A stretch of DNA of 64,000 nucleotides from Bacteroidales bacterium (GCA_031286165.1 JAITUU010000055.1:404-64403), one strand, 5' to 3'; positions 17,074 to 26,520 are shown, numbered from the stretch's first letter. Translations and numbers: made by a program. The notes: generated from the letters alone by a model not told the origin.

Positions 17074-17526
17074 ATGGTAACAACTACAACAACCCAACAC
17101 GCTGCCCTTCTGCGCAAATTCCACACGCTTTTGGCTAAAACAGGCGTAGGCACCGAAGGCAAAGAAGTCATACTCGCCGCCTACGGCGTGCACAGTTCCA
17201 AAGAACTCAGCACCGCACACCTTGCCGATGCCTGCCAAAAATTGGAACAAACATTTGCGCCAAGCGAAAAACAAAACGAAATGGACACCCTGCGCAAGCG
17301 CGTAATTGCCGCCATTGGTGCATGGCTTACGGCTATGAATAAAGAACAGAATGTGGCTATCAACAAAGCCGTAGCCTGCCGCGCCGCTAAACGCGAGAAA
17401 TTCAACGACATTCCGGCGCAGCAACTCCGCAGCCTCTACGCCGCTTTTTGCAAGGCAAAAAAAGACCTTGCACAAGTGGAGAGCATTAGCGCACAGGAGT
17501 TGTTCCAACTTTCAATTAACAATTAA
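17074..17526 (+). CDS. Early-region protein, possibly GemA/gp16-like
   Basis: 150 aa. The position and the LLRKFHTLLAKTG...KELSTAHLADACQKLE pattern recall the Mu gp16 family from memory. Unverified. Confidence 0.35.
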   Translation: MVTTTTTQHAALLRKFHTLLAKTGVGTEGKEVILAAYGVHSSKELSTAHLADACQKLEQTFAPSEKQNEMDTLRKRVIAAIGAWLTAMNKEQNVAINKAVACRAAKREKFNDIPAQQLRSLYAAFCKAKKDLAQVESISAQELFQLSINN

Positions 17527-17545
17527 CCATTAACAATTAATAATT

Positions 17546-18190
17546 ATGGAAGTAACAATGACCCCCGAAGAACGCGCAGAATTTGAGGCGTTCAAAGCCG
17601 AAAAAGAACGAAAAGAGGCTCTGCAACGAGCCAAAGACGACCGCGAGGCGTACAAAAATTTGGTGGAAGACCAAATTGAAACCGTATTTCCGCGCCTGCT
17701 GGAAACAAGCGACTACCTGCGCGATGTGAAGCAGAACTGCATGAGATGTTTCGACCAAGCCCTCAAAATGAAAGCCGACCTTTTCAACGTGAAAGACGAC
17801 CAACGCTCGCACACCTTTACCAACGCCGAAGGCACGCGCCGTATTATTTTGGGCTACTACATTACCGATAACTACCGCGACACGGTGAACGAAGGCATCG
17901 CTATCATAAAAGAAGTAATCGCTTCGCTCGCTCGCGACAAAGAGAGCGAAATACTCGTAGAAGCAGTACTCAGACTACTGAGCAAAGACCAAAAAGGCAA
18001 CCTCAAAGCAAGCCGTGTATTGCAACTGCGCAAAATGGCTGACCAACTCGCCAACGAGCGATTTGCCGAAGGCGTGCGCATTATAGAAGAAGCCTTTCAG
18101 CCCGAACAAAGCAAACAATTCATTCGCGCCGAATACAAAAACGAAATCGGCATGTGGGTCAATGTGCCGCTCGGAATGACCGAAGCGTAA
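17546..18190 (+). CDS. Conserved Mu-like early protein (DUF3164-like guess)
   Basis: 214 aa; the size and position match a family common in transposable phages. Unverified. Confidence 0.35.
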   Translation: MEVTMTPEERAEFEAFKAEKERKEALQRAKDDREAYKNLVEDQIETVFPRLLETSDYLRDVKQNCMRCFDQALKMKADLFNVKDDQRSHTFTNAEGTRRIILGYYITDNYRDTVNEGIAIIKEVIASLARDKESEILVEAVLRLLSKDQKGNLKASRVLQLRKMADQLANERFAEGVRIIEEAFQPEQSKQFIRAEYKNEIGMWVNVPLGMTEA

Positions 18191-18265
18191 AAAGTTGCCT
18201 GCAATCGTCCAATGACGGCGTGGAAAGACACGCATTTTTAATTTTCAACTTTCAACTCACTACGT

Positions 18266-18496
18266 ATGCGTGGAATAAACAAAAACAAAATTGAACTAGC
18301 GCACAAAGTAAAAGCACTTGTGGATGCGCACTATGAAGAAGGAAGGCAAGACCGCTGCAAATCGGCAGTGTTTCGCAACGTGGTGCGCAAAACATATCCC
18401 ATGAGCATAGTAACGTTTTTTCGCCTCTTGGCACTTGCCGAAGGCAAACGGAAAACCTACACGCCACCCGAAAAAAATCAATTATCACTATTTTAG
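18266..18496 (+). CDS. Small basic protein, possible middle/late regulator
   Basis: 76-aa ORF at the early/late boundary. Called on position only. Confidence 0.25.
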   Translation: MRGINKNKIELAHKVKALVDAHYEEGRQDRCKSAVFRNVVRKTYPMSIVTFFRLLALAEGKRKTYTPPEKNQLSLF

Positions 18497-18547
18497 TAAG
18501 TAGTCAGTATCAAGTATTGAGTATTAACAACTAACCCATAACAACGA

Positions 18548-19024
18548 ATGAAAGAAATTTTAAACGCCATTCTCGAACGGCTCGCCGCCCTGCCCGAACT
18601 CAAATATGTGGACGAAAATTGGGGGCAAATGAACATAGCACAAAGTCCCGCAAAATTCCCTATGGCACTTGTAGATGTAGAAAGTGTAGAATTTAGCAAC
18701 ATGGGCAACCACGTACAAGAAGGCGAGGCTCGCATAACCGTTACCATAGCCGCCCTGCGCCTGAGCAATTCGAGCAGCGGCGCACCGGCAGCGCAACGCC
18801 GCAGCAATTTTGAGTTCTACGACCTGCTCACCGCCGCCCACTGTGCACTCCACCATTGGCGACCTGCCAACCACGCCGGACTTATGGTGCGCCTTGCGCA
18901 GCGGCGCATAGATTCGGCAGACGGCTACAAAATAACCGAACTAACCTACGGCGTGCGCTACCGGCAGCAGGGAGCACAGCAATACACCCAAGCCGTGAAC
19001 CCTCAGTTGAAAGTTGAAAATTGA
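18548..19024 (+). CDS. Hypothetical virion-assembly protein (158 aa)
   Basis: ORF adjacent to a morphogenesis-type gene. No motif recognised. Confidence 0.35.
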   Translation: MKEILNAILERLAALPELKYVDENWGQMNIAQSPAKFPMALVDVESVEFSNMGNHVQEGEARITVTIAALRLSNSSSGAPAAQRRSNFEFYDLLTAAHCALHHWRPANHAGLMVRLAQRRIDSADGYKITELTYGVRYRQQGAQQYTQAVNPQLKVEN

Positions 19025-19089
19025 AAATTGAAAATTGAGAACTAACAACTAATAACTCTTAATTGATATTTTTTAATTCGTAATTGACT

Positions 19090-19578
19090 ATGACCCCCGA
19101 ACAATTCCAAATACAACTCAAAAACCTGAGTAAACGAGTGCAAACGTTTTTGAAAGACGATGCGCCACAGTATGCTGCCAATAGTGCCATAGAGCATTTT
19201 AAAGACAATTTTATGAAAGAAGGGTTTTTTGGCACACGCTGGAAGAACGTGAAACGCCGCGAAGACCCCAAGAACTTTAAAACCATTACACGCGGAATCA
19301 ACAAAGGCACAGTGCGAGCCATAAATAATGCCGGAAAGGCAAAAATACTTACCGGCACAAGCAACCTCAAAAACAGCATACACTACCGCACCGAACCGGG
19401 TGCGGCAATAGTGTATAGCGATACCGAATATGGCAAAGCACACAATGAGGGGCTGAAAGCAGGGCGCGGCAAAGGGTTTATAATGCCAAAACGCCAATTT
19501 ATAGGCAACCACCCCACACTCACCAAAGCAATTCGCGAAGAACTCGAAAAGCGCGTAAAACAAGTATTCGGTAGTTAG
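19090..19578 (+). CDS. Virion morphogenesis protein (HK97 gp10 / Mu G-like)
   Basis: ATG at 19090. The N-terminal ...LKDDAPQYAANSAIEHFKDNFMKEGF...WKNVKRR resembles the gp10-type head-tail adaptor family. Confidence 0.45.
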   Translation: MTPEQFQIQLKNLSKRVQTFLKDDAPQYAANSAIEHFKDNFMKEGFFGTRWKNVKRREDPKNFKTITRGINKGTVRAINNAGKAKILTGTSNLKNSIHYRTEPGAAIVYSDTEYGKAHNEGLKAGRGKGFIMPKRQFIGNHPTLTKAIREELEKRVKQVFGS

Positions 19579-19676
19579 ACACAAGACACAAGACACAAGA
19601 TACGAGATACAAGACACGAGATACAAGACGTGAGATTTGAAAACTGATAACTAACAACTAATCACTAATAACTAAA
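19579..19676. repeat. Heptad-periodic spacer (14 x 7 nt) beginning at the stop codon
   Basis: acacaag acacaag acacaag atacgag atacaag acacgag atacaag acgtgag atttgaa aactgat aactaac aactaat cactaat aactaaa. Confidence 0.85.
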
Positions 19677-19803
19677 AAATATACGGAGTTCATTTTTTAT
19701 GTAAGCATCGGTACAATCAAAATGGTGCCAAATAGTTTTTTTAAAATTTTTACGTTGCGGCGGTTTGTATATTTTCCGCCGTTTTTTTATAGCACACAAA
19801 AAA

Positions 19804-19835
19804 AGCCCCGAACAGTCAGCGTTCGGGGCTTTTTA
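19804..19835 (+). terminator. Rho-independent terminator after the early/morphogenesis block
   Basis: AGCCCCGAAC-cagtcagc-GTTCGGGGCT followed by TTTT. Confidence 0.7.
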
Positions 19836-19846
19836 ATGCCGTTTAA

Positions 19847-19873
19847 TTGCCGTTTAAATTATTGTTACATTTG
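19847..19873 (+). promoter_or_regulatory. Promoter-like motif for the accessory gene at 19896 (TTG-N16-TACATTTG)
   Basis: TTG at 19847-19849 and TAcaTTTG at 19866-19873. The spacing is slightly short. Confidence 0.4.
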
Positions 19874-19895
19874 CGAAATTTTAAAACTGTAAACT

Positions 19896-20186
19896 ATGAT
19901 TACACCTGAATTAAAAGACAGTGTGTTGAACGCTATTTGTAACTGCGGATTACAATATGAAGTGATGTATCGCATACCAAAAAAAGAGTTCTTTTCCGCT
20001 ACCGAATTATCTATTGATAATAACGATTTTGTTTCCATAATGAGCCAATTTCAACGAAAAGGCTTTATAGAACACTATGCCAATACTTATTCTGTAATAC
20101 CAATACTATTAAAAATAGAGGCTACCGATTTTCTACAACGAGGTGGATTTGTTGCTCAAGAAAAGTGCTTACCGACAATATTATAA
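19896..20186 (+). CDS. Hypothetical accessory protein in an AT-rich island
   Basis: 96-aa ORF preceded by a TTG...TACATTTG promoter-like motif. Its composition is visibly more AT-rich than the phage core. Confidence 0.45.
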   Translation: MITPELKDSVLNAICNCGLQYEVMYRIPKKEFFSATELSIDNNDFVSIMSQFQRKGFIEHYANTYSVIPILLKIEATDFLQRGGFVAQEKCLPTIL

Positions 20187-20206
20187 AACTCGAAAAAGAA
20201 ATCAAT

Positions 20207-20500
20207 TTACTTGCCAAACAACTTTCTCCAAAATACTTGTAAAAGGCTAATTTTATTGTTTCTCTCGGTTCCGCTATCATTAGTGCTGTAGGATTGATGA
20301 AACAACCCTAATTCAATCGCCTTTAAAGGGTCGTTACATTGTTGGTAAACTCTCCATTCTGCCCTATCTCTATATACCTCTTCATTTTCGCACAACACAA
20401 TTCTTTCAACAAATTGTGTTGCGGCAAATGGCGTATTTGTTTTTTTAGTTTCGTAGTTAAATATAATTTTGTATGTAACCGTTTGTTTGTTTTTTTTCAT
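20207..20500 (-). CDS. Hypothetical accessory protein in an AT-rich island
   Basis: 97-aa ORF on the same strand as, and downstream of, the MuF-domain gene. Confidence 0.45.
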   Translation of the reverse strand: MKKNKQTVTYKIIFNYETKKTNTPFAATQFVERIVLCENEEVYRDRAEWRVYQQCNDPLKAIELGLFHQSYSTNDSGTERNNKISLLQVFWRKLFGK

Positions 20501-20521
20501 TGTTGTATTGATTTTTGAATT

Positions 20522-20863
20522 TTATTGTTGTATACAATCTAATACACCGACCAAATCGCAATCACAGAGCGAAAGACGGTTTTGAAACCAATTCTTTATG
20601 GTAAAATCATTTTCAAAATCAAGTTTTGAACCTTCTTTAACCACTTCGTTGAAAAGATTAAACTTCTTTTTACCAAGAATAACCGAAAGAGGTGCGAAAC
20701 CTTCGTAAAACACTCCGTCATATACACAATCTCTTTTCGGATATTGAGCAGGACAAAGTTCATCAGGTTCTAACATTCCGCTTTTGAGACGTATTTCTAT
20801 TATACACATTCGGAAAAGAAGGGTGTTAAAGTTTCGATGTTTCGTTGGAAATAATATTGCCAT
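20522..20863 (-). CDS. Hypothetical accessory protein; candidate immunity partner of the MuF C-terminal domain
   Basis: 113-aa ORF, the first same-strand gene downstream of the MuF gene. The immunity role is inferred from the polymorphic-toxin gene-order rule only. Confidence 0.3.
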   Translation of the reverse strand: MAILFPTKHRNFNTLLFRMCIIEIRLKSGMLEPDELCPAQYPKRDCVYDGVFYEGFAPLSVILGKKKFNLFNEVVKEGSKLDFENDFTIKNWFQNRLSLCDCDLVGVLDCIQQ

Positions 20864-20928
20864 ATTTGTACATTTTTGAATTTTATTGTTGTATCTTTGT
20901 ATTATTAATCAATCTAATTGTTACCGCT

Positions 20929-21144
20929 ATGTCTGACTTGAATTTCTATAAAGAAAAGAAAAAAAACTCTATTTTTTGGGTAGATAATGCACTATACGCG
21001 AAAGGAGAACATCTATTTTCTTTTGATAAAAAGAAGATATACAACCTATTTGCCGATTACCCACACAATATGACTGCCGAAGAAATTGCCATTTTTGACA
21101 AAGAGGAACCGTATTGGTGCGATTTTTTCAAAGACAGAAAATAG
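20929..21144 (+). CDS. Hypothetical accessory protein (71 aa)
   Basis: ATG at 20929 (MSDLNFYKEKKK...). Convergent with the MuF gene. Confidence 0.4.
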   Translation: MSDLNFYKEKKKNSIFWVDNALYAKGEHLFSFDKKKIYNLFADYPHNMTAEEIAIFDKEEPYWCDFFKDRK

Positions 21145-21153
21145 GTGTTTATT

Positions 21154-22512
21154 TTATTTTATTTTGCCTTTTTCACCTTTTAACTGTCTGTCTTTGTTTG
21201 TATTTATATACCCAAGTAGTTCGCGAAAAGAATCATCTTTCTTGAATAATTCCAAATCTATAAGCACTTCTTCAACTTCATATTTTTCTCCCAAAAATGT
21301 GTGTGATTTTTTCGCTTTAAATCGCTCTTTCAATGCCGCTTCGGTAAGAGGTTTAAACCCATTGTCTTTGGTGTCTTGTAGTTCTAAGTATTCATAACCA
21401 TTATCTATTTTTCGTATTATTGCAGCATGTCGCCCTGATGTAAAATAATACTCTTTCCCTTTTTCTGTTTGTTTTATCAAGTTTACTGCATTAGTAAAGT
21501 CGTTTCCATTTTTGCTTATGATACATCCCGCTTTTTTGGCAATGTCTTTTATGTTGTAGTGTCTTGAAAATATTAAACAACTATTTCCACCTCTGAAATC
21601 CAAAACATCATACCCACATTTGTTTCCAGCGTATGCAAAAGCCAGAGACGAACACGAACCTTTTGTTAAATCTCCACCGCCAATTCGCTCGATTATTTCT
21701 GTTTCAGTTGGCTGTTTTGAGTGGTTCTTAACTTCGTTATATTCTATCTTGTCAAATTTTATATTTTCGATAATCTCATCAAATTTTCGTATTTCTACGG
21801 GCTTCGCTGCCTCTATTTGCTCCCTCAAAAACTGTTCTACTACTTCACGTCCTTTCTCTCCCGTTCGCACAATGTAACCGGCTTTGTCGGTAAAAATTTC
21901 GCCGGTAATACCCGGATTGCCTTCTAATCCTGCCGGTGGGGTAAATTCCGGCACATCGGTATTGTCGGTTACGGCATCGGCGCATTCCTGCATACCGCAC
22001 TTGCACCGCCAGAGTGAGCCGGGTGTATTGCTAACCCAAAAGGGGTCGTTTTTTGCCCACACGCGGTGGTAGAATCTTCGATGTTCTTCGCGCTGAGTTA
22101 CGCTGGTGCTTGGCAGCCATTTGAGGTTGGGAAAAAGGCGCAGGTTATCTGCTTGCATATACACACTCCACTGCTTGGCGGTGCGAGCGCGAGCGGTGGC
22201 GGTGGCGCACTCGGTGTGCTGCCATGCGTGGAACTGTGCAAGGGTCGCCGCTGCCGTGTCGGGGCTGTGGCGCACTATTTGCGTGGCTTGGTAGGCTTTG
22301 TAGGCGGCAAAGCGGTTGGTGTTTGCCTTCAAGTGTTCGCCGCCGCCCTCGTGATACACCATTTCCACTGCTCGGCGCAAACTTGTTGCATAGTGCTTGT
22401 AGAGTTCGCTGTGTATGGGTTTTTCGCTTGCGAGTATTTCCTCTATTGTTTTTTTCGCATTATAGGCTGCCGTCAGTCGCCCAAGCCACTCCCCATCGTT
22501 TCTTACTCCCAT
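21154..22512 (-). CDS. MuF-like head morphogenesis protein with an extra C-terminal Cys/His domain
   Basis: The N-terminal half has the MuF/SPP1 gp7 pattern ...REEHRRFYHRVWAKNDPFWVSNTPGSLWRCKCGM. The C-terminal ~250 aa is AT-rich in coding sequence and contains GGGDLTKGSCSSLAFAY and GRHAAIIRKIDNGYEYLELQD. Confidence 0.75.
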   Translation of the reverse strand: MGVRNDGEWLGRLTAAYNAKKTIEEILASEKPIHSELYKHYATSLRRAVEMVYHEGGGEHLKANTNRFAAYKAYQATQIVRHSPDTAAATLAQFHAWQHTECATATARARTAKQWSVYMQADNLRLFPNLKWLPSTSVTQREEHRRFYHRVWAKNDPFWVSNTPGSLWRCKCGMQECADAVTDNTDVPEFTPPAGLEGNPGITGEIFTDKAGYIVRTGEKGREVVEQFLREQIEAAKPVEIRKFDEIIENIKFDKIEYNEVKNHSKQPTETEIIERIGGGDLTKGSCSSLAFAYAGNKCGYDVLDFRGGNSCLIFSRHYNIKDIAKKAGCIISKNGNDFTNAVNLIKQTEKGKEYYFTSGRHAAIIRKIDNGYEYLELQDTKDNGFKPLTEAALKERFKAKKSHTFLGEKYEVEEVLIDLELFKKDDSFRELLGYINTNKDRQLKGEKGKIK

Positions 22513-22547
22513 ACCTTGCGGTGAGGGTTCGGGGGTGGGGCTTGGGC

Positions 22548-23789
22548 TTAGTCGAAAAAACTAAGGTCGCCCGGTTCTGCGGCAAAAGCCCCTCTTGCTG
22601 CCTCTCCCCACAAGGGAGTGGGGAAGGAATTTTGCAATGCAGCAGTAACACCGGCACCCATCGGAGCCGGTGCTGCAAATTTATCTGCCACCGGCACACC
22701 GAATTTTTCCTCAATCCATTTGTTATCCACCTCTTTGTATGGCAGCAATTCTTTCACTATTTCCCACAGTTTGGCAGTATTTTCGCTCGCAGAAAAGCGA
22801 AAAATCTCGGTTCCGGCAGGGAGCCAGCCCATGGCGCGAAAGGCAGGCAGCACTACGGAATTGATGTACATTTCCACCATGCGTTTATCGCTTTCTATTA
22901 AGCGGTTGAGCATTTCTATGGAGAGTTCCTCTTTTGAGCGGTTGCCGTTTTGTGTGTCCTGCCCTATAATTGCGCCGCTTACTAAAAGCGATGTTTCGTT
23001 GTTGCACAAGCGAATGAGGTTGGCATACACATCACCGTTGGTATTCACGCCCTGCAAAAAACTAAATTCTTCGGTGCTGTCTATCACCGCCCATGTAGCC
23101 GCGCCCATTTCGCGCATCATTTGTTCGGCACGGTCGAGCATGGCTTTGTCTCGGGTGTTGGTTTTCAAGTAGCGCGGCGGTATGCCGTAAATTTCGCAGA
23201 GTTCGCTCCAACACGATTGCGCAAATTTTTTGAACAATATGTGGTTCACCGATTTATTGAGCAGCCCTAAGTGTTCGGCGTTAAATTCTATCAGCGAAGT
23301 GCCGTATTCGGCTACGCTGCGGTAGGCAATGCCGGTGGATTGACTTACGTTGGGGTACAATATGCCGAGTTCCGACACCACATGGCGGCGGTCTATAAGC
23401 GTTGCTCGATTGATGCCGTTTTGGTCGGTAAAAATTTCCACCAGCGAGCAGCCGTACCATTCGGAATTGAGAATATGCCCAATAATATCGCGCAAGCACG
23501 GTATGGTATTGAGCGTGGCAGTGGCGTGGTCGTTTACCTTGCCATCGGCTGTTACCAATTCAAAGCCGGCACTGATTGTTTGCTCATTGCGGTTGTTGAG
23601 TTGCGAACTCAGCAGTGCATCGTTTGAAATATCGGTATAAATTTCCTGCAGGAGGTACTGTTTGGGATTTGTGGTGGCAGTAGCCATACGCACGGCGCGT
23701 TTCCAATCGGCTATATCGCGGCGCACCTGCGGAATTTGCCGTTGTACTAACTGTGTGCTTATTTGGGGTGTTTGTTTTTTCTTTGTCAT
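22548..23789 (-). CDS. Portal protein (Mu gp29-like)
   Basis: 413 aa, located between the TerL and MuF genes, the canonical portal position. Confidence 0.65.
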   Translation of the reverse strand: MTKKKQTPQISTQLVQRQIPQVRRDIADWKRAVRMATATTNPKQYLLQEIYTDISNDALLSSQLNNRNEQTISAGFELVTADGKVNDHATATLNTIPCLRDIIGHILNSEWYGCSLVEIFTDQNGINRATLIDRRHVVSELGILYPNVSQSTGIAYRSVAEYGTSLIEFNAEHLGLLNKSVNHILFKKFAQSCWSELCEIYGIPPRYLKTNTRDKAMLDRAEQMMREMGAATWAVIDSTEEFSFLQGVNTNGDVYANLIRLCNNETSLLVSGAIIGQDTQNGNRSKEELSIEMLNRLIESDKRMVEMYINSVVLPAFRAMGWLPAGTEIFRFSASENTAKLWEIVKELLPYKEVDNKWIEEKFGVPVADKFAAPAPMGAGVTAALQNSFPTPLWGEAARGAFAAEPGDLSFFD

Positions 23790-23845
23790 ATTTTTTAGTT
23801 ATTAGGTATTAGTGGTTGGTACTCACATCTCTGTACTCAATATGC

Positions 23846-24361
23846 TTACTCATGATTAAATTTGGGTCGCGAGCCGGAGCGGAAGGGTTTCATGTCTTCC
23901 TGCGTGTTGTTTTCGTTTTCGAGTGCCGGGTGTGCCGGCGAAGGCAGCGAAGATATTACCATGTGCGATTTGGCGTATTCGCCCATACCGGCTATTTTTT
24001 CGAGGGTGGAAATGCTTTGTTCGTAGCGTTCTTTCACGTGCTGATATACAACATCTACATTGCTCAGTTCGCACACATTCCACGCCGCTACGCGCTTGCA
24101 CAAGCGCAAAACAAAGGCGTTTCGCTCGGCACCGCGTGCGTTGAAAATAGCGTTTACATCGTAGAGTTTGTAGTGAGCGTATTGTTGTGCCGTAAGATTC
24201 AGTGTTTCGCGGCGGTTGTTGCTCGCCTCAAAATAGCCGCGCACTTCTTCCACACCGGCAGCAATGCCGTCAAGGATTATCTCCGTATCGTTTTCGGCTA
24301 TTTCGTTCATTTGGTACTCATAGAGCACCGATTTTAGTTCGTCAATTTCTAAAAAATCCAT
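23846..24361 (-). CDS. Head-tail connector-like protein (Mu gp36/DUF1320-like guess)
   Basis: 171 aa between the terminase and portal genes. The N-terminal MDFLEIDELKSVLYEYQMNEIAEND... pattern resembles that family. Confidence 0.4.
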   Translation of the reverse strand: MDFLEIDELKSVLYEYQMNEIAENDTEIILDGIAAGVEEVRGYFEASNNRRETLNLTAQQYAHYKLYDVNAIFNARGAERNAFVLRLCKRVAAWNVCELSNVDVVYQHVKERYEQSISTLEKIAGMGEYAKSHMVISSLPSPAHPALENENNTQEDMKPFRSGSRPKFNHE

Positions 24362-24395
24362 ACATTTAGTTGTTAGGGGTTAGTTTTCATTATAT

Positions 24396-25931
24396 TTAAA
24401 ATCTGCGATTTGCTCGTGTACCTATCACATAGCGGGCGTTCGATTGTCGGCTTCGTTGGCTGAGCATCCATATAGCACTTTCGAGTGCATCGGGTGCATC
24501 GTCATGCGCACGGCTGCCGCGTTCAAAAAGCAACAACTGTTCTACGAGAACCTGCATACCCGGTGTGTCTTTCTCCTTTTCGTTGAACACCACAAGGTTG
24601 CGCTCAAAGAGCGGCTGCATAGCCTCTATGCGGGCAAATTTGTCGGGCTTTTTGCGGCTGTCGCCCAAAATGGGGACGTGATTCCCCAGCGTATTGCCCA
24701 CCTGCCGAAATTCGTCCAACATCAAATCCTGCATAAAATTTGCTTCCATATAGTAGAGTACCGGCACACGACCCTCTATGTAGTCCATAATGGCGTAGTG
24801 CCATGCAATCATGTTGCTCACTGAGGTTTGGTCGGCGTAGGCTTTTAGGAGGTGGAACTGCCCTTCGGGTGTTTTGCCAACAAGCATGGTGGCTTTAAAG
24901 TCTGCCGTATTGCTGTTTTTGAACGAAGGGTCGGTGTAGCAAATCAACTGCCGGTACTCTTTGGGCGGTAGCATTTTTCCGTATCGGATATTTTTTTGGC
25001 TGAATACCGCGCCTTCGGTCATGGGGTTGTTCATGTACTCTTTTTGGAAATTGCGCTCGCCCATCGTTTCGCGCAGTTCGCGAATCTCGTCTGCAGTGTA
25101 GTTTTCTGCCCACGTGGGTTTTCCGTGTTTATCCAAAGCGTTTACAATGGTATGATAGAAGTGCGGTCGTGCCGCTATGTGCGTGAGTACGCTTGTTTTG
25201 GCTATTCGGTTGCCAACCAACACGAAGCGACCTCTACCCATTGCCATTGTGCCGAGCAGAGCCGTGAGGCACCATTCGGCTATTTCGTTTACGCGGCGCG
25301 GGTTTCGCGCCATTTCGTCATCATCTATATCGTCAATCACGATGTAGTCCGGGCGGTTGCCCTTGTGTTTCAATCCGCGTGGACTTTGCCCACGTCCGAG
25401 TGCTATAAAAAAGGTATCGTCTTGCGTAACAAATTCACCCTCTGTCCACGAACCGGCTTTTACCTGCTCCCCGAAATCGCGTATGTAGAGTTCGTTGTAG
25501 GCGAGTTGCTCCTGCAAGTCCGAAAGTAATTTTATGGCGGCATCCTGACTTTTCGACACCACTACCACAGTATTAATACTCCGACTTAGCCCCTCTCTAT
25601 TTGGAGAGGGGACTTGAATTTTGAGCCACAGCGGAATGAATACGCCCAAATGCGTGGATTTTGCGTGTCCTCGCGCCCACTCAAACACGGCGCGAGTGTT
25701 GGGGTTTTGTTTCAGGTAGTTTGCCGCTTGTATTTGGAATTTTCCGCAGGCGCAGCGAGCGGTGTCGCAAAAATAGGTTTCCACGAAATACGCATAATCG
25801 GCACGCGCTCGCTCGATGCGCTTTTTTTGCTCGGCGGGGCTTTCGTGTTTGGGTACCGAGCGCAGCCGTTGCCGGTACTCGCATTCCTCGTGCCATTTCT
25901 GTAATTGTCGGGTGCTTACTTGTATTGTCAT
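24396..25931 (-). CDS. Terminase large subunit
   Basis: 511 aa. Walker A-like ARGHAKST, Walker B DYIVIDDIDDDE and a C-terminal nuclease signature SRAHDDAPDALESAIW. Confidence 0.8.
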   Translation of the reverse strand: MTIQVSTRQLQKWHEECEYRQRLRSVPKHESPAEQKKRIERARADYAYFVETYFCDTARCACGKFQIQAANYLKQNPNTRAVFEWARGHAKSTHLGVFIPLWLKIQVPSPNREGLSRSINTVVVVSKSQDAAIKLLSDLQEQLAYNELYIRDFGEQVKAGSWTEGEFVTQDDTFFIALGRGQSPRGLKHKGNRPDYIVIDDIDDDEMARNPRRVNEIAEWCLTALLGTMAMGRGRFVLVGNRIAKTSVLTHIAARPHFYHTIVNALDKHGKPTWAENYTADEIRELRETMGERNFQKEYMNNPMTEGAVFSQKNIRYGKMLPPKEYRQLICYTDPSFKNSNTADFKATMLVGKTPEGQFHLLKAYADQTSVSNMIAWHYAIMDYIEGRVPVLYYMEANFMQDLMLDEFRQVGNTLGNHVPILGDSRKKPDKFARIEAMQPLFERNLVVFNEKEKDTPGMQVLVEQLLLFERGSRAHDDAPDALESAIWMLSQRSRQSNARYVIGTRANRRF

Positions 25932-26055
25932 ATTGAGAATTTTGAGGCAAAATTCTAAATATAGAGGCTGATATAAAAAAATGAATTTCAGTATGAAATA
26001 ACTAATTTTCTATGCCAATCTATTGTGCCATGTTTGCAGAACAAAACAACAAGCA

Positions 26056-26520
26056 ATGACTACGAAAAAAGAAACGCAACGCAAAAAAGAACTCGCACGG
26101 CTCTATTATATGCAAGGCGAAAGTCAAAAATCCATAGCCGAAAAAATAGAAAGCACCGAAGCCACTGTAAGCCGCTGGAGCAAAGCCGAAGGCTGGGAGG
26201 CAAAACGCGCGGGAACAAACATTACCCGCCCCGAATTGGTCAATAAACTGCTGGTAACTATCAATACCATGATAGACAGCGTGCATGCAAGCAACGACCC
26301 CATGCTTATAGGCGGTTTGGCTGATAAACTGAGCAAATTTGCCGCTGTGATAGAAAAGTTAGACAAAAAAGCAAACGTGGTAGATGCTATTGAAGTATTC
26401 ATGGCGTTCAACAAATGGCTCGAATACCGCATGAGTTACGACAAAGACGTAACGCCCGAACTCATTAAGGCTATCAATAAATATCAGGATTTATACATTT
26501 CGGAAAACATAGTGAAATAG
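26056..26520 (+). CDS. Terminase small subunit-like HTH protein
   Basis: ATG at 26056. KKELARLYYMQGESQKSIAEKIESTEATVSRWSKAEGW is an HTH. Divergent from TerL. Confidence 0.5.
   Translation: MTTKKETQRKKELARLYYMQGESQKSIAEKIESTEATVSRWSKAEGWEAKRAGTNITRPELVNKLLVTINTMIDSVHASNDPMLIGGLADKLSKFAAVIEKLDKKANVVDAIEVFMAFNKWLEYRMSYDKDVTPELIKAINKYQDLYISENIVK

Noticed and set aside
21154-25931. Invertible segment (Mu G-segment-like) for the inverted head block
   Set aside because: No invertase/recombinase gene and no flanking inverted repeats were found. The block contains essential packaging genes rather than alternative fibre genes.
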